Shown here: positions 25,544-40,500 of the stretch, in pieces
How positions within the stretch are numbered: position 1 is the stretch's first letter
How the letters are laid out: each line of letters starts with the position of its first letter
Source: Octopus vulgaris
Taxonomy: Eukaryota
Direction of reading: 5' to 3'
Assembly: GCA_951406725.2 (NCBI GenBank)
Contig: OX597823.1
Span: 62,001-126,000 of the forward strand
Length of the DNA: 64,000 nt
Notes under the pieces: model-generated
The model's database searches: none
Told to the model about the DNA's origin: nothing
The model's input: only the letters and a program-made list of their open reading frames with translations
Program-made: the position numbers and the translations under genes

Positions 25544-28500
25544 GGGCTTCTACCCAGTTTCTGGTCATCAAATGCGCTGGAAAGGAACTGATCAAACTAG
25601 GATTGAATCTGATTTTGAAGCAATCGTCTCTACCATATAGCCATGCCTGTTCCTTATAATGAATTTGCTTTTACAATCTTCCATATCAAGTCTATAAAGT
25701 AAATTTTTATTATTACATCAACAGTTATATAATATTGTTTTCACATTTTTCACTTCAGGAGATCCATATCCACAATTTGTTAAACGAAAGCTACAACCAA
25801 TATTCAAGACAGCTGAAAATATCGAGGAAGAACCAGTTCGAGTATCATCCCCACCCAATCCACTTTTTGAAAACAGTGAGATACAGTTTGCTTCTATCTG
25901 ATAATTAGTAATGAAAATAGTAGGGATGTTGTCATGAGGTTTTGATGATAACCAGCCTCCTCAGATCTCAAGAACTACCTCTTAGGATTCTTGCAGAATA
26001 CAAGATTGTATTTTCCAACATTCTTTAGTCTCTTATGCAGTAGTTTGCCTGCTGTGCCAAGTGCACTTGTTACCAAGGAAACATTTTCTACCTTTGTCTC
26101 CCTCAATCTCATCTGTGTGCTGAGCTCTGAGACTTCTCAATTTCTTTTCTATCTACTCTATTCTCATATGTTATTGCCATGTTTGATCTTACATTTTTTT
26201 CTTTTGCTTGCCCTTTACAATCCTATCTGGTTGCCTTGCCTTAATAGCATGATCAAGAATCCAATAATTATTATTCACCATCACAATCTTTGGTCCGATG
26301 TTCATACCACTTTTATGGCAACCACACACTTGGCCGACATACCAGTCCACCTCTTACTGACATAGTCATGCCTGTGCTTTACTCATTTTGCATTAGCTTA
26401 TTTCATTCGCTTACGAGATGGTTCATGCTTTCATCTTCTTTTTCACTGACTACATTTAGCCTCTGATAGAATTGTAATAATTCTAGTCATTATCAAGTCT
26501 ATTATTTCTGATTTTGGGTACAAAGTCTAAAACTTCTGGTAGACAATTTAGTTGATCAAATCAACCTTAGTATTTAATAGGTACTTTATTTTATTGAGCC
26601 TGGAAGGATGAAAGGCAGAGTTGACATGAGTTGGATTTGAAGTTAATATCTAAAGAGTAGGAACAAATTTAGCAAGGTATTCTGTACAATGCTCTAATGA
26701 TGCTGCTCCATTCAACTGCTCTAATAAAGTATTTCTAAATTTATTGAAATATTTTGATTTTGACTTTTAACAGATGATCTCATAAATAAACTGAAGACTA
26801 ATCTAGTAAAAATTCAAGGTGAGTCACTCATTTATTAATATTATTTTTTATTTTATTGTGGATCTTTTGAGTTGTTAAATTTGTTACCAGTAATCTATTA
26901 ATTTCAATAAAAGTTGCTATACTCTTTCATCCTCATCATTTAACGTCTGTTGTCCATGCTGGCATGGGTTGGACAGTTTGACCAGAGCTGGCAAGCTGGA
27001 CTGGATGGCTGCACCAGACTCCCATCTGATTTGGCATTGTTTCTATGTCTGGATGCCCTTCCTAATGCCAACCACTCTGACGTGCCTCTGGCACAGGTGC
27101 CTTTTGTGTGACACCAGTATCTGCCACAACTGTGATTTTACTTGGCTTGATGGGTCTTCTCAAACATGACATAATGTCAAAGGTCTCAGTCCTTGTCTCT
27201 GTGAAGCCCAACACTTGAAAGAAGCTTTTCATGTGCCACTGGCATCAGACATTTTGCCTCCATGAGGCTCAATACTTGGAAGGTGCTTTTTACGTGCCAC
27301 TGGTACAAGTGCCAGTGGCATGGCACCAGCATCAGCAATGACTGTGATTTCACTTGGCTTGACAAGTCTTCTCAAGCACAGCATATCTCCAAAGGTCTCA
27401 CATACTGGTCATCACTTCTGTGAGGTCCAAAGTTTGAAGATCATGCTTGACCACCCCCTACCATGTCTTCCTCTCCCACAGATTCCCTCCACCTGTCCTC
27501 ATCCATATGCATCACATGACCATACCAGCACAGTCGTCTCTCTTGCTCACCACATCTGATGCTTCTTATATCCAACTTTTCTCTCAAAATGCTTACACTC
27601 TGTCGAATATGCACACTGACATTGCACATCCAGCAAAGCATACTGGCTTCATTTCTTTCAATCCTAAATGTGTCCTCTGCTGTCACAGTCCATGTTTCAC
27701 TGCCATGTAGCAGAGCTGTTTGCACACAGGAATCATGTAATCTGCTTTTCACTCCGAGAGAGAGGCTCCTTGTTACCAGCAGGGGTAGGAGGTCTCTGAA
27801 CTTTGCCCAGCTTAATCTTATTCTCACAGCTATGCTCTTGGAGCATCCACCTCCACTACTTACTTGGTCACCTAGATAACGGAATCTATCTCCTACCTCT
27901 AGCTTACCCTGCTGGAAGTTGATAGAGTCTCTTTTCTGTACATTTTCAGTGTTTATTGTACCAGTGCCTCTTCCACACACAAAAGCTGTTTTCCCTGTTA
28001 ACCTTCTTCTGATATTGTTGCACCTCTTACATGTCCAAAGCTTACACCAGGTGTATCGTATGGAGTTTCCACCTATTCCTTGTCTACAGATTGAGCAGGG
28101 TCATCTACCTGAAGGGATTTATGATTTGTCTGCTTTCCTACCTACTAAGACTTTGGTTTTTGCTATGTTAACTCTAAGGCCCTTCAATTCTAGACCTTGC
28201 TAGTTCTGGTAATGATTCAGCTATAAGAAGGAGGTCATCTGCATAGAGGAGCTCTCAGGGGCAGCCTGTCTTAAATTCCTCTTTTATTGCCTGGAGGACT
28301 ATGATGAGCAAGAGTGGATTGAGGACCGATCCTTGGTGAACCGTTACTTGTACCCTAAATTCTTTGCTGTACTCATTGCTAACCCTCACTTTATTGGTAG
28401 CGTTCTTGTACATGGCTTGTACAGCTCTCCCTAGTTTTCGCATTGACCACCAGATAAGGGATCAGGGCACTCTGTCAAAGGCTTTCTCCACGTCAACAAA

Positions 28501-31500
28501 AGCCAAGTACAGGGGTTTATCCTTTGCTAGGTATTTCTCCTGCAGCTGCCTTACCAGAAATATAGCATCAGTGGTGCTTCTACCTGGCATAAAACCAAAC
28601 TGCATCTCATCTAGGCTAACTCTCTCCCTAATTAATTGGAAAGTGACCCCTCTCCATAACTTTCATCACCTGATCCAACAAACTGATACCTCTGTAATTA
28701 TTTCTATCTAAGGTATCACCTTTACCTTAATGCCAGTTGACTCTGGTGCTTCTACACCAGTCATTGGGTATGACTCCTTCGTGAACCATCTGAACCAGTC
28801 ATTGGGTATGACTCCTTCGTGAACCATCTGAACCAGTCATTGGGTATGACTCCTTCGTGAACCATCTGAACCAGTCATTGGGTATGATTCCTTCGTGAAC
28901 CATCTGAACCAGTCATTGGGTATGACTCCTTCGTGAACCATCTGAACCAGTCATTGGGTATGACTCCTTCGTGAACCATCTGAACCAGTCATTGGGTATG
29001 ACTCCTTCGTGAACCATCTGAACCAGTCATTGGGTATGACTCCTTCGTGAACCATCTGAACCAGTCATTGGGTATGACTCCTTCGTGAACCATCTGAACC
29101 AGTCATTGGGTATGACTCCTTCGTGAACCATCTGAACCAGTCATTGGGTATGACTCCTTCGTGAACCATCTGATTTACAATATGAACTAGACCATAACCC
29201 ACACCGCTAGATATTTTAAGCATCTCAGTGGTGATTTCTGATGGGCCGGGGTCTTTCCCTGTCTATATATCCTTAATTGCTTTATCTACCAGGGTACTGT
29301 TGATTTGGGTAGCTGGTCTCTTAACTGGGTCGACATTTGGCAGACTCTCCTCTTTCCATTCATTCTCCACATTCAACAGTCTTTCATAATAGCATTTCCA
29401 AACCTCTTTTATTGCAGATAAGGGAATTAGCACGTAAAAGCACCATCCATTCATGTCCGTTGCCAGCCTCGCCTGGCCCCGTGCTGGTGGCACATAAAAG
29501 CACCATCCGTCATGGCCGTTTGCCAGCCCCGTCTGGCACCTGTGCGGGTGGCACGTAAAAAGCACCCACTACACTCACGGAGTGGTTGGCGTTAGGAAGG
29601 GCATCCAGCCGTAGAAACACTGCCAGATCAGACTGGGCCTGATGCAGCCTTCTGGCTTCACAGACCCCAGTTGAACCGTCCAACCCATGCTAGCATGAAA
29701 AGCGGACGCTAAATGATGATGATGATGATGATGATGAATATACAAGTGAAGCCTGCCAAATTACTACAAATATTGTGCCCCTGAATCTCAGGAAATCTGC
29801 CATAGGGATCTGATATATACAACTTTACCAACAATACCTTTATTGGATCACAATAACAATGTTTCATGTTTGGATTGAGGGAACACTTTACTCTTCATCA
29901 TTTCTTGATCTAAAATCTCACATGTGACCCACATTCAAGTACTGTTCACATATCTTGGATGGTTCTGCTGCTGCACACATTTACACAGACATCCTAGCTT
30001 ACATTCAAAAGGCCATCTGGTGAATTGGCGAAGATTCACTAACCAACATACCATAACCTCCAATTCAGAGGCATTTCTTCTTTGTTTTTCTAGAGTTTCT
30101 ATATCATCACCCGCTCTTCTGTCACAATTTCGATTTAAACACATTCATTCATTCTTTGATAAGCAACTCTAGGGAATTTCAATCTGCTCATATTTCTCTT
30201 GAAGATCTGAAGATTTACGGGTTTTCAAATTAAGCATTCACCACATTGATCTCTACAGTTTAGGTGGGTGATTAACATCAAACATGGGTGCTGCACTTCT
30301 GACAAATGAATAACAAGCAAAAACCATTGAGGTATATGTGCTTTGAAGGCACATAAATAAAATTTTTCTTACCCGACTTGCAATCGGGTACTGCTGGCAG
30401 ATTGATCAATTCTTCACCTGTGTTGTCACGACTTTTCTATCTTCACAACTGGTATCTCTCACTGCTCGTGTCCCTAGGAAAAGCAAATGCAGGGAAAAAC
30501 TTTTCTTCTCAATTGCTGACATGATGTCATCTCTCGCTACTTCCAGTCTTCCTTCCACCATACACCCCTGCCCCCTATCTAATGATCATTGCTCACCTGT
30601 TCTGTCTCGTAATCATCCATCCACCTAGGGGGTTGACGTTCCCTTAGAAATCTTCATAGAGTCTTGGGGCCACTTTCTCCCTCCCCTTCGTCATCGGAAG
30701 AGCTAATAACCCTTTGAATATCTAGGATCCACTGATACATCATTCGAAGTACTGATTGCGATCCCCTTTCTTTTTTGCACTGAGTGTTCAGGGGCTTCAC
30801 CCACACTTCATCTCCAACCTGCACAGATGTAATTCCTTCCACTTCTCACTTCTGTGGCACCATGCTCAGGTGTCTCCATTTATATTGGAATATGGCCCTG
30901 TGCAGGACTGACTCTTTGACTTACCCTACCCTGGGCAATATGTTATACCAGAAGACTGCCTCCATAGGGAAGATTCGTCCCCTTTCAGCCATGGCTTTAA
31001 TCATACGGTAGTGCCGTTCCACAATCCCATTTCCCCCTGCCCTGTATGCAGCTCTGAAAAAAGTGTCTTGTGCACCATCTTCCAAGTATATCTCTCAGCT
31101 GCTCTGAGCAAAAAACAGCACTATTATTTATCAATAGCCCGTCTACAGGATCCCTTTCCAAAAACACTGCATTCAGCACCTCTGTTCCCTTGGCAGTAGT
31201 CTCCACCCTGATTTCTCTCTTTATAGCCTTTCACTCCGGCCCACAGTCAACCATTGTGTCACATCAATGGCCAGCCCCTTTCATTCTTCCTCTACCTGGA
31301 TCTTTCCTGGTTCGCGTGTGTTCAGAGGCAGGATCAATCAATTGGCCCCTGTTACACTTCCTCACTATTCTCTGAATGCTCTCTTTGGTGACATCAGGGT
31401 CAACGATCCTTGCCAAAAACATTGTCCTGTCGACCCCTATATCGTGCATATTGTGCAGCCTCCTTAGTTCTGAGCCCTCCAACTGACAAACTGCTGCTAC

Positions 31501-34500
31501 CTCACCCAGAACATCCTCTGTTGTCTCCAACTAATTCTTTTTCACTCTGATTAGAATGTCTGCTTTATTTTTTTCCAAGGGCGCGAACGCCACATGCAGT
31601 TCTAGGGCAAACTTGGCAGCTAGCTCCCTCAGGATACCCAGATGACGCTTGATCACAATTTCCGTGTCCCCTTTCATGCAAATCCTCTTCCAGTTGGTGA
31701 TCACTGACTCCACCCACCCTCGCACTCTGCCAGAATCAGTCTGGATCTCAACAGTTCACAGTCCCTATCTCAATGCTAGGTTGACGCCTTTCAGCACAGC
31801 ATCCAGTTTGGTTACAGTGATGTGGTTGTAAACGTCCTTCTTTCTAAGTCATGCTGCATCTTCCACTTCAACACCTCCTATTTCTAGCATGACTCTCAAT
31901 GCTATGCTGCTTGCGTTGCACCACATGATCCTTTTCTTTGTATCAGGCACTTACCAGCCGCCCCTCACTGGATCCTGTGCTCGCACTCTCTCCAAGACCT
32001 CTTGCATCATCACCATTGTCTTCTCTGCCACTTTATCACCCAGTTCTCTCTTTCTGCTCGTCTTTTGAGATAGCTCTATGCTGTTTGGAGCCATCCTGCA
32101 ACAGGATAGTGGCCCACCAACTTCCCATACTTCCCAGCTCTTGCCTATTCATATTCTGTTTCAAATCTGGGATCTCGTTTCCTCTGTGAAACACAAGCCT
32201 ACCCAATTTTTGTCTCTTTTGAGCTTAAGCCCCAGAGCCGTACCTCCTTCTATACTTCCAGGTGGTTTTACTGTCAGCCCAAACCTCCTCAGATGGTCCA
32301 CAATTTCCTCTGCTGGCATCACATTTTCATCTACTATGATATTGTCAATATATGAGCAGGTAGCCTGCTCCACTTTGCCCAAAACTGTCTTGAGGACCTT
32401 CGCCATGATCTTTGGCACTGAACTCAACCTGAAACTCAGTTGAATCAGGCAGTATGTTTTGCCCCTGTACCTCACCAGTTGGTACTTCCACAACTTCTCT
32501 GGTACATGGAGATGCAGACAGACTGAGGTTGATGATTGTAGCAGGTCCCCTCATTTGTCTCCACTCACGAAGAGTTTCTCCACACACGTCTTCTGCCTTG
32601 CCATCCACATGACAGGACACATTTTTGTTCAGTTTCCTGAAGTCTAGCACCGACCGAACTTTATTTTTTGTCGGATGAACAACAGCCATCAATGGCAGCA
32701 CACCGCCCATCGTTTCTTCACTCCATGGCATCAGAATGCCCTCCTCTGTCCACCTGTTCACCTCTGTCTCGAATTCAAACCTGGCTTCTCTTTTCAGGGT
32801 ATGCTCATAGCAGCTCACCCTGTTTCTCAGTATGGGAGGTTTTCCTTTCAAGAAATATTCCACCATCCATCTTTTGCTGTCAAACTCAGCACGGAAGTCC
32901 TTGTCCTTAACAGAAAATCCTCTCTGGGCTAGTAATTTATCATTCTTACAGTCTTTTTCCTCCACTTCACACTCACAGCATGCAGCACACTGGTTACCAA
33001 ACTCTACTCCTGTCCTGCCAACCGTCACACCTCCCAATATTGTGATCACATCCATTCTGGTCACTACATCGATGCAATCCACTATCTCATCAACTACAAT
33101 CACCTGCAGCCTCAACACAGACCCCTGTATCTCCATTTCATAGTCGCTGATGCCCCTACATTTGACTACCCTAGCATCTACCGCTCTGAGCCTGGTGTTT
33201 CCTCTCCAGTTCTCAACCATTTTTGTGGTCGCCAGGGTTGTTGTACAACCTGTATCCACAAGGGCTCATGCTTCTCTCACCCCCACCTTAAGCCTCACTA
33301 CAGGCAACGTTTGGTTGTGCACCTTCAACTAGTATGTTCGTTTCCCTGCTTGCAGATTTTTTTCTGTGTGCCCAGGGTGGCCGCATCAGAAACCTACCCC
33401 CATTGGCTTCGGTTGCATGCATTCCCTGACCATTTGCAGACCTTAGCATTTGAAACATGATCCCTTGGTCATTTGCCTTGCCAGACTCTTGCTGTCATTG
33501 TTTGCTACCTGCCTCTTCGTCCCACCCATGACCATCGTCACTGGTCTCACTTTGTCTTGAATGTCGCCTTGCATCAATATACGTCACTTATTAATTATCT
33601 CTCCTACCGATATCGTTTTGATGTTTGGCATCTGCTGCAGACGTACAGACATATAGTCAGGGAAGCTGGTCACAAAAGCCAGCTTCACCATCCATTCCAT
33701 TGCTGCTCTGTTAGGCCCACCAATCTTCTAATTTCGCTCACATAATTATCTATCTGCTCGCCAGTTCATCTCACCTTCCCGAGCTTGCTATAGGCTTTAA
33801 AAGACCCTTCTGTGTATGTGTCCTTCAGCCATTGTTCAATTTTTTTCTGCTTTCTCTTGATCTGCTTCATCCGTCTCCAGGTAGAGTTCCAGTGGATAAA
33901 ATGCCTTATGGTATTAATTCTGTAAGGCAGTTAATTTTGTCATCCTTTGGGGGATTGATAAAGTACTATCTATGGTAACTCCGCTGCAACTGTAACATTG
34001 AAAACATGTTAAATTTATGACTTCATGAGAAGATACAACTGAAACGTAACTGAAACTGTTGAGGTTTATTCTTTCAGAAGATATTTTGGAGGATAGGGAT
34101 TTGATGTGAACACAAAAGCAGAGCTTGTGTTAATGGCAGTAATTCAATGGAAATAGTTAATCTCTCTCTTAGAGTAGAAGCAAAACATATTGTTTTGCTG
34201 TTCAGATAAATAAAAGTGAATAGGTAAAGAGGGAAGGAGTTTCATGTTACAAGTATCCTTAAAGATTCAGTTGTTGGTGACATCACAGTGCTGCTGGTAG
34301 TGGTCGTAATAAATATGGCACAAGGCGGTGAGCTGGCAGAACTGTTAGCACAACGGGCGAAAAGCGTAGCCGTATTTCGTCTGCCGTTACATTCTGAGTT
34401 CAAATTCCGCTGAGGTCAACTTTGCTGCTCATCCTTTCGGGGTCAATAAATTAAGTATCAGTTACACACTAGGGTCGATGTAATCGACCTAATCCGTTTG

Positions 34501-37500
34501 TCTGTCCTTGTTTGTCCCCTCTGTGTTTAGGCCCCTGTGGGCAATAAAGAAACAGCTAATAAACATGGCATAGTGTAAATAATATTGCCTTTTTTCCAGA
34601 AATCTGTATTGGCTGTAAGTCATCAGACAGAATAATTGTGGCACAGCATCCATTGTTTGAAGGAGGACTCTGTGAGCAGTGCAAGGTAATTATTTCATAT
34701 TTTTCACATGTATGTGCCTGTGTAACCTCCTCTTTCTCATTTTATGCTTTCTTTTCCATACTAGCATGGGTTGGGCAGTTTCTTTGGGATAAAATTTTTG
34801 TGGCCCGATGCCCTTACTTTCACCAACTTTTGCTGCTTATTACAACAGATAGGAATGCAAAACACACATGTCAGTATATATCATATACTTCTTCCTTAAG
34901 GTCTGCCAACCTGACAACCCTATCATTTCTACCTGTAACTGCCTGAAAAATGTCATTGCCACTCAGCTCCTCACCTTCCTCCTAGATTCACTAAACATAC
35001 TCTCTTCCTCTACCGTCCTTCCTGCCCCATTTTTGCCACGAGTGTAAATTCTTTCTATACTCTCATCTCTCATCATAAGACCCTCTCTTCTGCCCGGCCC
35101 CTGCTTCACTTCCACTCTACTATTTATCCTACAACCTCCACTCTTCTCTGTCTAACAGAATTTGATCTTGCTCTGGATTGTTTCTCCTTTATGGGCAAAA
35201 TTTACTCACTATTTCCTGGAATGGTCATTGGCATGAGAAAGGTCCTTAACTGCACCAGTGCATCTCAGTTCCTAATCATTTTAAAGTTCACTGGTCTTAA
35301 ACCCACAGTTCCACAGCTATTATCTTGATAACTGTATTGCTGCCACACCTCTCTCTTTCTCATGAATATTTAAACACTTTCACCTCATTTGTTAGCTCCT
35401 TTCAATCCCCTCTCCATTTCAGATAATCTCCCTTAATTTTATTTACTCTTTCTGTTTACCATCCTACCCTCTCCACTTTTATTTTATACAAACCCCTGAC
35501 TCCTCCTCCTTCCTTGATTTTCCTCCTCTTCCCCCCACTGTCTTGTCACTGCTGAGGCAGAAATTGTAACTATGATTTTGAAACCCAGGTTCAACACACG
35601 ACTATTCATTTCACATAGTTATCCCCCCCCCTTTATTTAACCCTTTCGTTACTATATTTCTGACCAAAATACACCCCTCATGAGTTTCAATTAAATTCTA
35701 AAATAATCATGAATTTAGGCTTGTTTCATTAAATAACTGTAACTCTTTTACTTATCAACATATTAATGTGATATTTGGAACATAATTAAAGAAAGGGTTC
35801 TTAATCAATTCTATTGCATAACTTTTGTCTCAAAGTGACTTTAATTACAGGTAAATCCAGGTAAATTGAGCAAAAGGTAAAAATATTAAAATTTTGTTTA
35901 AACATCACCATAGAAAATGAATCATCAGCTAATATTCAAATGGGTATGCAACAAAATTTTGATAAAGAAGAATTGTGCACATCACTAGATCATCAGTTGA
36001 ATTTAATGCACAACAGGTGTACCATAAAGGTGGAATAAAGTGAAATACTGGAATCCACCGTAAGTTTGACCGAACTAAAGAAATCGGTCAAAAAATAATA
36101 TACGGCCCTGGTTATGGTATAGAAGTGATAAATTCCAGACCACAGCGTTCCCTAGGCCATGCTGACTAACATTATTTTCCCTGTATAAAAACTAAATCCA
36201 TGAAGTACCCAGTATTTGCTTCACAAATTTTCCAAAATTTGATCCCCCATTTTATGTTTTGTTTACATTCTGCGTAAATTTGTTTCCGCATTGATCGCTT
36301 CAAACAATAACTTCCAGACCACATCATACCCTAAGCCATGCTGACTAACATTAGTTTCCCTGTATAAAAACTAAATCCACAACAGTACCCAGTATTTGCT
36401 TCATAAATTTTCCAAACTTTTGTGTTTGTTTACAATCTGCGTAAATTTGTTTCCGAAGTGATCGCTTCAAACTAGCATACTGAAAAAATAAAAGTCTAAT
36501 GGTTTCGCTTCCTGAGAAAGACAATGGATAAACTATCTCCCCAGAAAAATTGCTAATAAAAACATTTTAAAAGTTTTTTTACTTCATTCTGATGTAAAAC
36601 CGTCTTTGCTGTCGCCATCGCAGCTTTGTTTCTTCGGAATCACTGCTTTCATTTTCGGATAAAAAAATATCATATTGTACACCACGTGCTTTAAGACCTC
36701 ATTCATTCTTTTTCTTGATATCTCCCTATTTTCCGTTGAAAAAGCTTTAAATTCGGAATCAATGCTTGATAACATGAAACTCCTATCCATTTTCAAAGTT
36801 GAAGAAAAATCGATGCCGAAAAAAATGTGGAAAAAAATCTCCCAAAATTCACTGAGTTGAGATATCACTTCAAGCAATGCCGGATACTATAACTTAACTA
36901 TTTACAATGTGAAATCACATGTTTTAACGAATGTACCAACGAGATTTGGGTTCAAATTTACATTTAAATAACAATAGGTTTTCTCGGCCGGGTACGGCCG
37001 GGTTGGTATTATGAACCAAAAATTTTTCGGCCGGGTTAGTAACGAAAGGGTTAAACTAGCCTTACACTCTGTTTGCAACCCACCCAGTGCACCTCTGTTC
37101 CTTTCACCTACCACCATGTCACTCTGCTCCCTGCATTGTACTGAACTTCACCTTGTTTCTGCCCTTTCCCACTATTCTTTGAGCTTGGATTCAATCTATG
37201 CAACCTCCTCGTCCACACTGCCTCCTTCCATGCACCAACCCCTTCTCTCAATTGGTGCACTTTCTACATTGAAGATTCTTTCTGATGCATCTCCAACAAC
37301 TTCATACATGTGCACCAATGTTCTTGCAGTCTAATGTACATTGGGCTGGCTGTCCAAAAGATTTGTGGGGCACCTCAGAGTCATTAATTTGGCAACGAGT
37401 CTTGTTTCTCAACATTTCTGTTCCACCTAACCAGAACTGGATTCAAACCCCGTGGGGGGAGGGGGGCATGGCACTACAAATTCAATGGGCCCCGTCATGC

Positions 37501-40500
37501 ACAAGAATTAAAATTTTGAAAAATTAGCAAATTTGTATCTCAAATCTATTGCATGTAATTGTATTTGACGAGGTAGCACAGAGAGTTTAAATAAATGACT
37601 GAAAATGTCACTTTATAGAAACACATTTTAAAATTCAAACTTTTTTTTCTCACACATTCACTTGTTGTGTTTGACTTTTCCTTCATTGTGGAAAGTACAA
37701 TGAAGGAGGGAAAAGGGGGTAAGATTTTTTTCTTTAGGGTGAGTTACAAATGTTTCAGAACGAAGAATATAATAAAATGACAGAAAATTATAAAAAAGAA
37801 TCAATAATATTAATACGCTAACTTTTTTTTGTACATACCTGTGGTGTGTGTCACACTTCAAAGAAGTGGCAAAGTAAGAGAGAGGAGGACAGAGAGAGAG
37901 TGAGAAAGTGAAAGAGAGAGTTTTGTCTTTTTGTTGTTTCGTCTTTTTTAAATGTTTCAGAGATGACCTAAGAGAGAAAGAGAGAGAGTGAGAGAGAGAA
38001 AAAGTGAGTGAGAAAGAGAGAGTGAGTTGTAACGGCGTTTGTCGCAAGAGAAGTAGATACATAGATACATATACACATTGTTAAATCAAAGGCAGGAGAG
38101 AAGAGGGACACAAAGGAAGTGAAAGAGAAAGAGAGAATGAGAGAGAGAGAGAGTAGATACAGCAAATATTCAATGTCAATTTAAATTTTGAAGGTATCTA
38201 AAACAATTCAAGTCAATTTCTTTATTAACCATGAGGTTGAGAAAAAGAGGGGAAGATATGAGGATAGGCAAAACAAACATTGGGGTCAGGGTATCGAATG
38301 AGACGAAACGTATGAATAAACAAACAAAATATATACAATTAAATGAGAATGAGTGATTTACAAAAAATGAAGCGGAGGATGCGGTTGACCCCACAAACCA
38401 CATACTCACACTGAAGACTTTGCTTTCTCCTTTTAATATTCTTGTTTAAACAGGTTCTTTCACTCGCAGCATACTTGCTACAGACTTCCGTCTTTTATGA
38501 AACACACTTTGCAACAGGCATTTCTTCTCCAGCCTTATTTTCCGTTTCATGTGGAAAACAAAAAAGCTGATTAGCTCGAGACTGGAGATGAACATGCCTG
38601 TTGCGATTCCTTTTACTCTCGTCTTCCACACTACCTCTTTTGCAACAGCAACTACCGAGAGAAAACAGGCTCGCTCTTCCCTATTTGGGGAGGTCTGCAG
38701 AACGATCTTAATTATAGATTCACTTGACAGTTGTACTCTTCTCGAATGCGACAGCAGGTGTTCGACATAAGCCCAGAGCTCAGTCATTTTGGGGCATTGC
38801 ACAATCACGTGCAGGACAGTTTCACTGTCCTGCTCGCATCTTGCACAAACCGGCGAAGGCGCATACCCATGTCTAAAGAGCTTACCTCGAACCAGTTAAG
38901 CTCCTCTGTAACATTGCCAGGCCAGGGACTTTTGGTAATTATCCATAGGCCCTGGCCCAAATGTTGTTTGGAACAGGTTGGCCAGTTGATCTTCGTCAAA
39001 GCCTAGGATTTCTCCCATTACGTCATTACACTTAAACTCTACTAACCCTCTATAGAAGAACGAGGTAGTGCCACTGCCATTGCCTGACTGGGAGAGAAGC
39101 ATGAGTGCCTGATGCCCAACCTCAGTCTACACTTGATCCATGGGTTCAGTTTGGTAAACGATGTGAACTGTGGAAATAACAGCCTGACGAATGGAGACGA
39201 CACCTGCTCAACATCCAGGTAAAGCCAGTGGTGCCTAAGCCTGAGCGCATGTCTGCACATTTTTAGCCACAGCCTCCCTAGCCCACAAATCGGGCCAAGG
39301 CATGACGGTCAGGCGGTAAGTGATTATAGAGGCAATAAACATGTCTGTAACCTCTGCCCTCCCTTTCAAGGACAGCCTCCACTCAGACCTGGTCTGAGTT
39401 AGGAGAGCTACCTTGCTCACCACCTCGGTCCAATTCTTCTGGAGATCTGGACCTAACCAGGCTCCAAGCATTTTCACCGGCCCTTCCGTCCAACGTCCCA
39501 CGAAGCTGTCGGAAGGCATCGACTTGCCCTTCCAGGTGACGAGTAGCAGCCAGCCGATTTATCCCAGTTGATTTTCGCTCCTGCCACCACTTCATAATCT
39601 CTTAAGACCTCACCTACCCACTGTAGGTGCTTGACCCGGGATACGATGACGGTGATGTCATCCGCATATGCTGAAGTTGACTTTCCGCACACTAGATCTT
39701 GTGGAGCACCCCTCATAGCTTCCAAATTCCTCGGCAATGGCTTGAGGGCCAAAACGAAAAGCAGAGATACTGATGGTCTACCCTATCAAACGCTTTCAAT
39801 TGGTCTAAATGGACCATAACCCCATCCTTGCCAGGAATCCTATTTACCCTTTTTTAAGGTATAGCGTAGAAAGTGGAGATTTTGTGGATGGTCCTGCCAG
39901 GGATGGCACAAGTTTGTACTTCACCAACAAGTTCACTCAAGATCCGCACCAACCTTTTTGCTAAAACCCTGGCCAAAATCTACTCTGCATTAAGAAGAGC
40001 GATGCGCCGAAGATTATCAATTAAATCCCCCTTGTTTGTGTCCTTTCTTAACAGCGCTACCACCCCTCGGCTCACAGACTTGGGAATTCTCCCGTTCTGC
40101 TGCCAGTTGGTGTACATGCATGCAAGTAGGTGCCCGAACAAGTCTGGCATGCTACTATTGAGTTCGTAAGGCAGACCATCGAGTCCTGGCAATTTCTCCC
40201 CGCCACAGTCTGCCAACACATCCTTGACTTCCTTTGCTGTGATTGGAGCTTCACAAGATTCCGCATCCTGCCCTGAGAGACGTGACGAACCGGCCAGGAA
40301 GTCTGTGAGCTTCTCCCCACACTCCAGTTCACCACTCCTCCCGAATAGCTGGGCAAAATAATTGTGAAACACCTTGCACATCTCCTCAGGTTCATTTACT
40401 GATCGACCATGTGGGTCTGTCAAAGATTGAATGGTTGAGTTGTTGCCACGCTGGCTCTCTACCACCCGGGCCCATCCAGCCGCGTTGATCCCTTCCTGTC

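Noticed and set aside
28756-29173. CRISPR-like array of 38-bp palindromic repeats
   Set aside because: No spacers and no cas genes; eukaryotic context; the unit derives from RTE ORF2
29740-30330. Possible minus-strand coding remnant (ORF 29935-30144)
   Set aside because: No recognisable motif or convincing splice sites; could not be assigned
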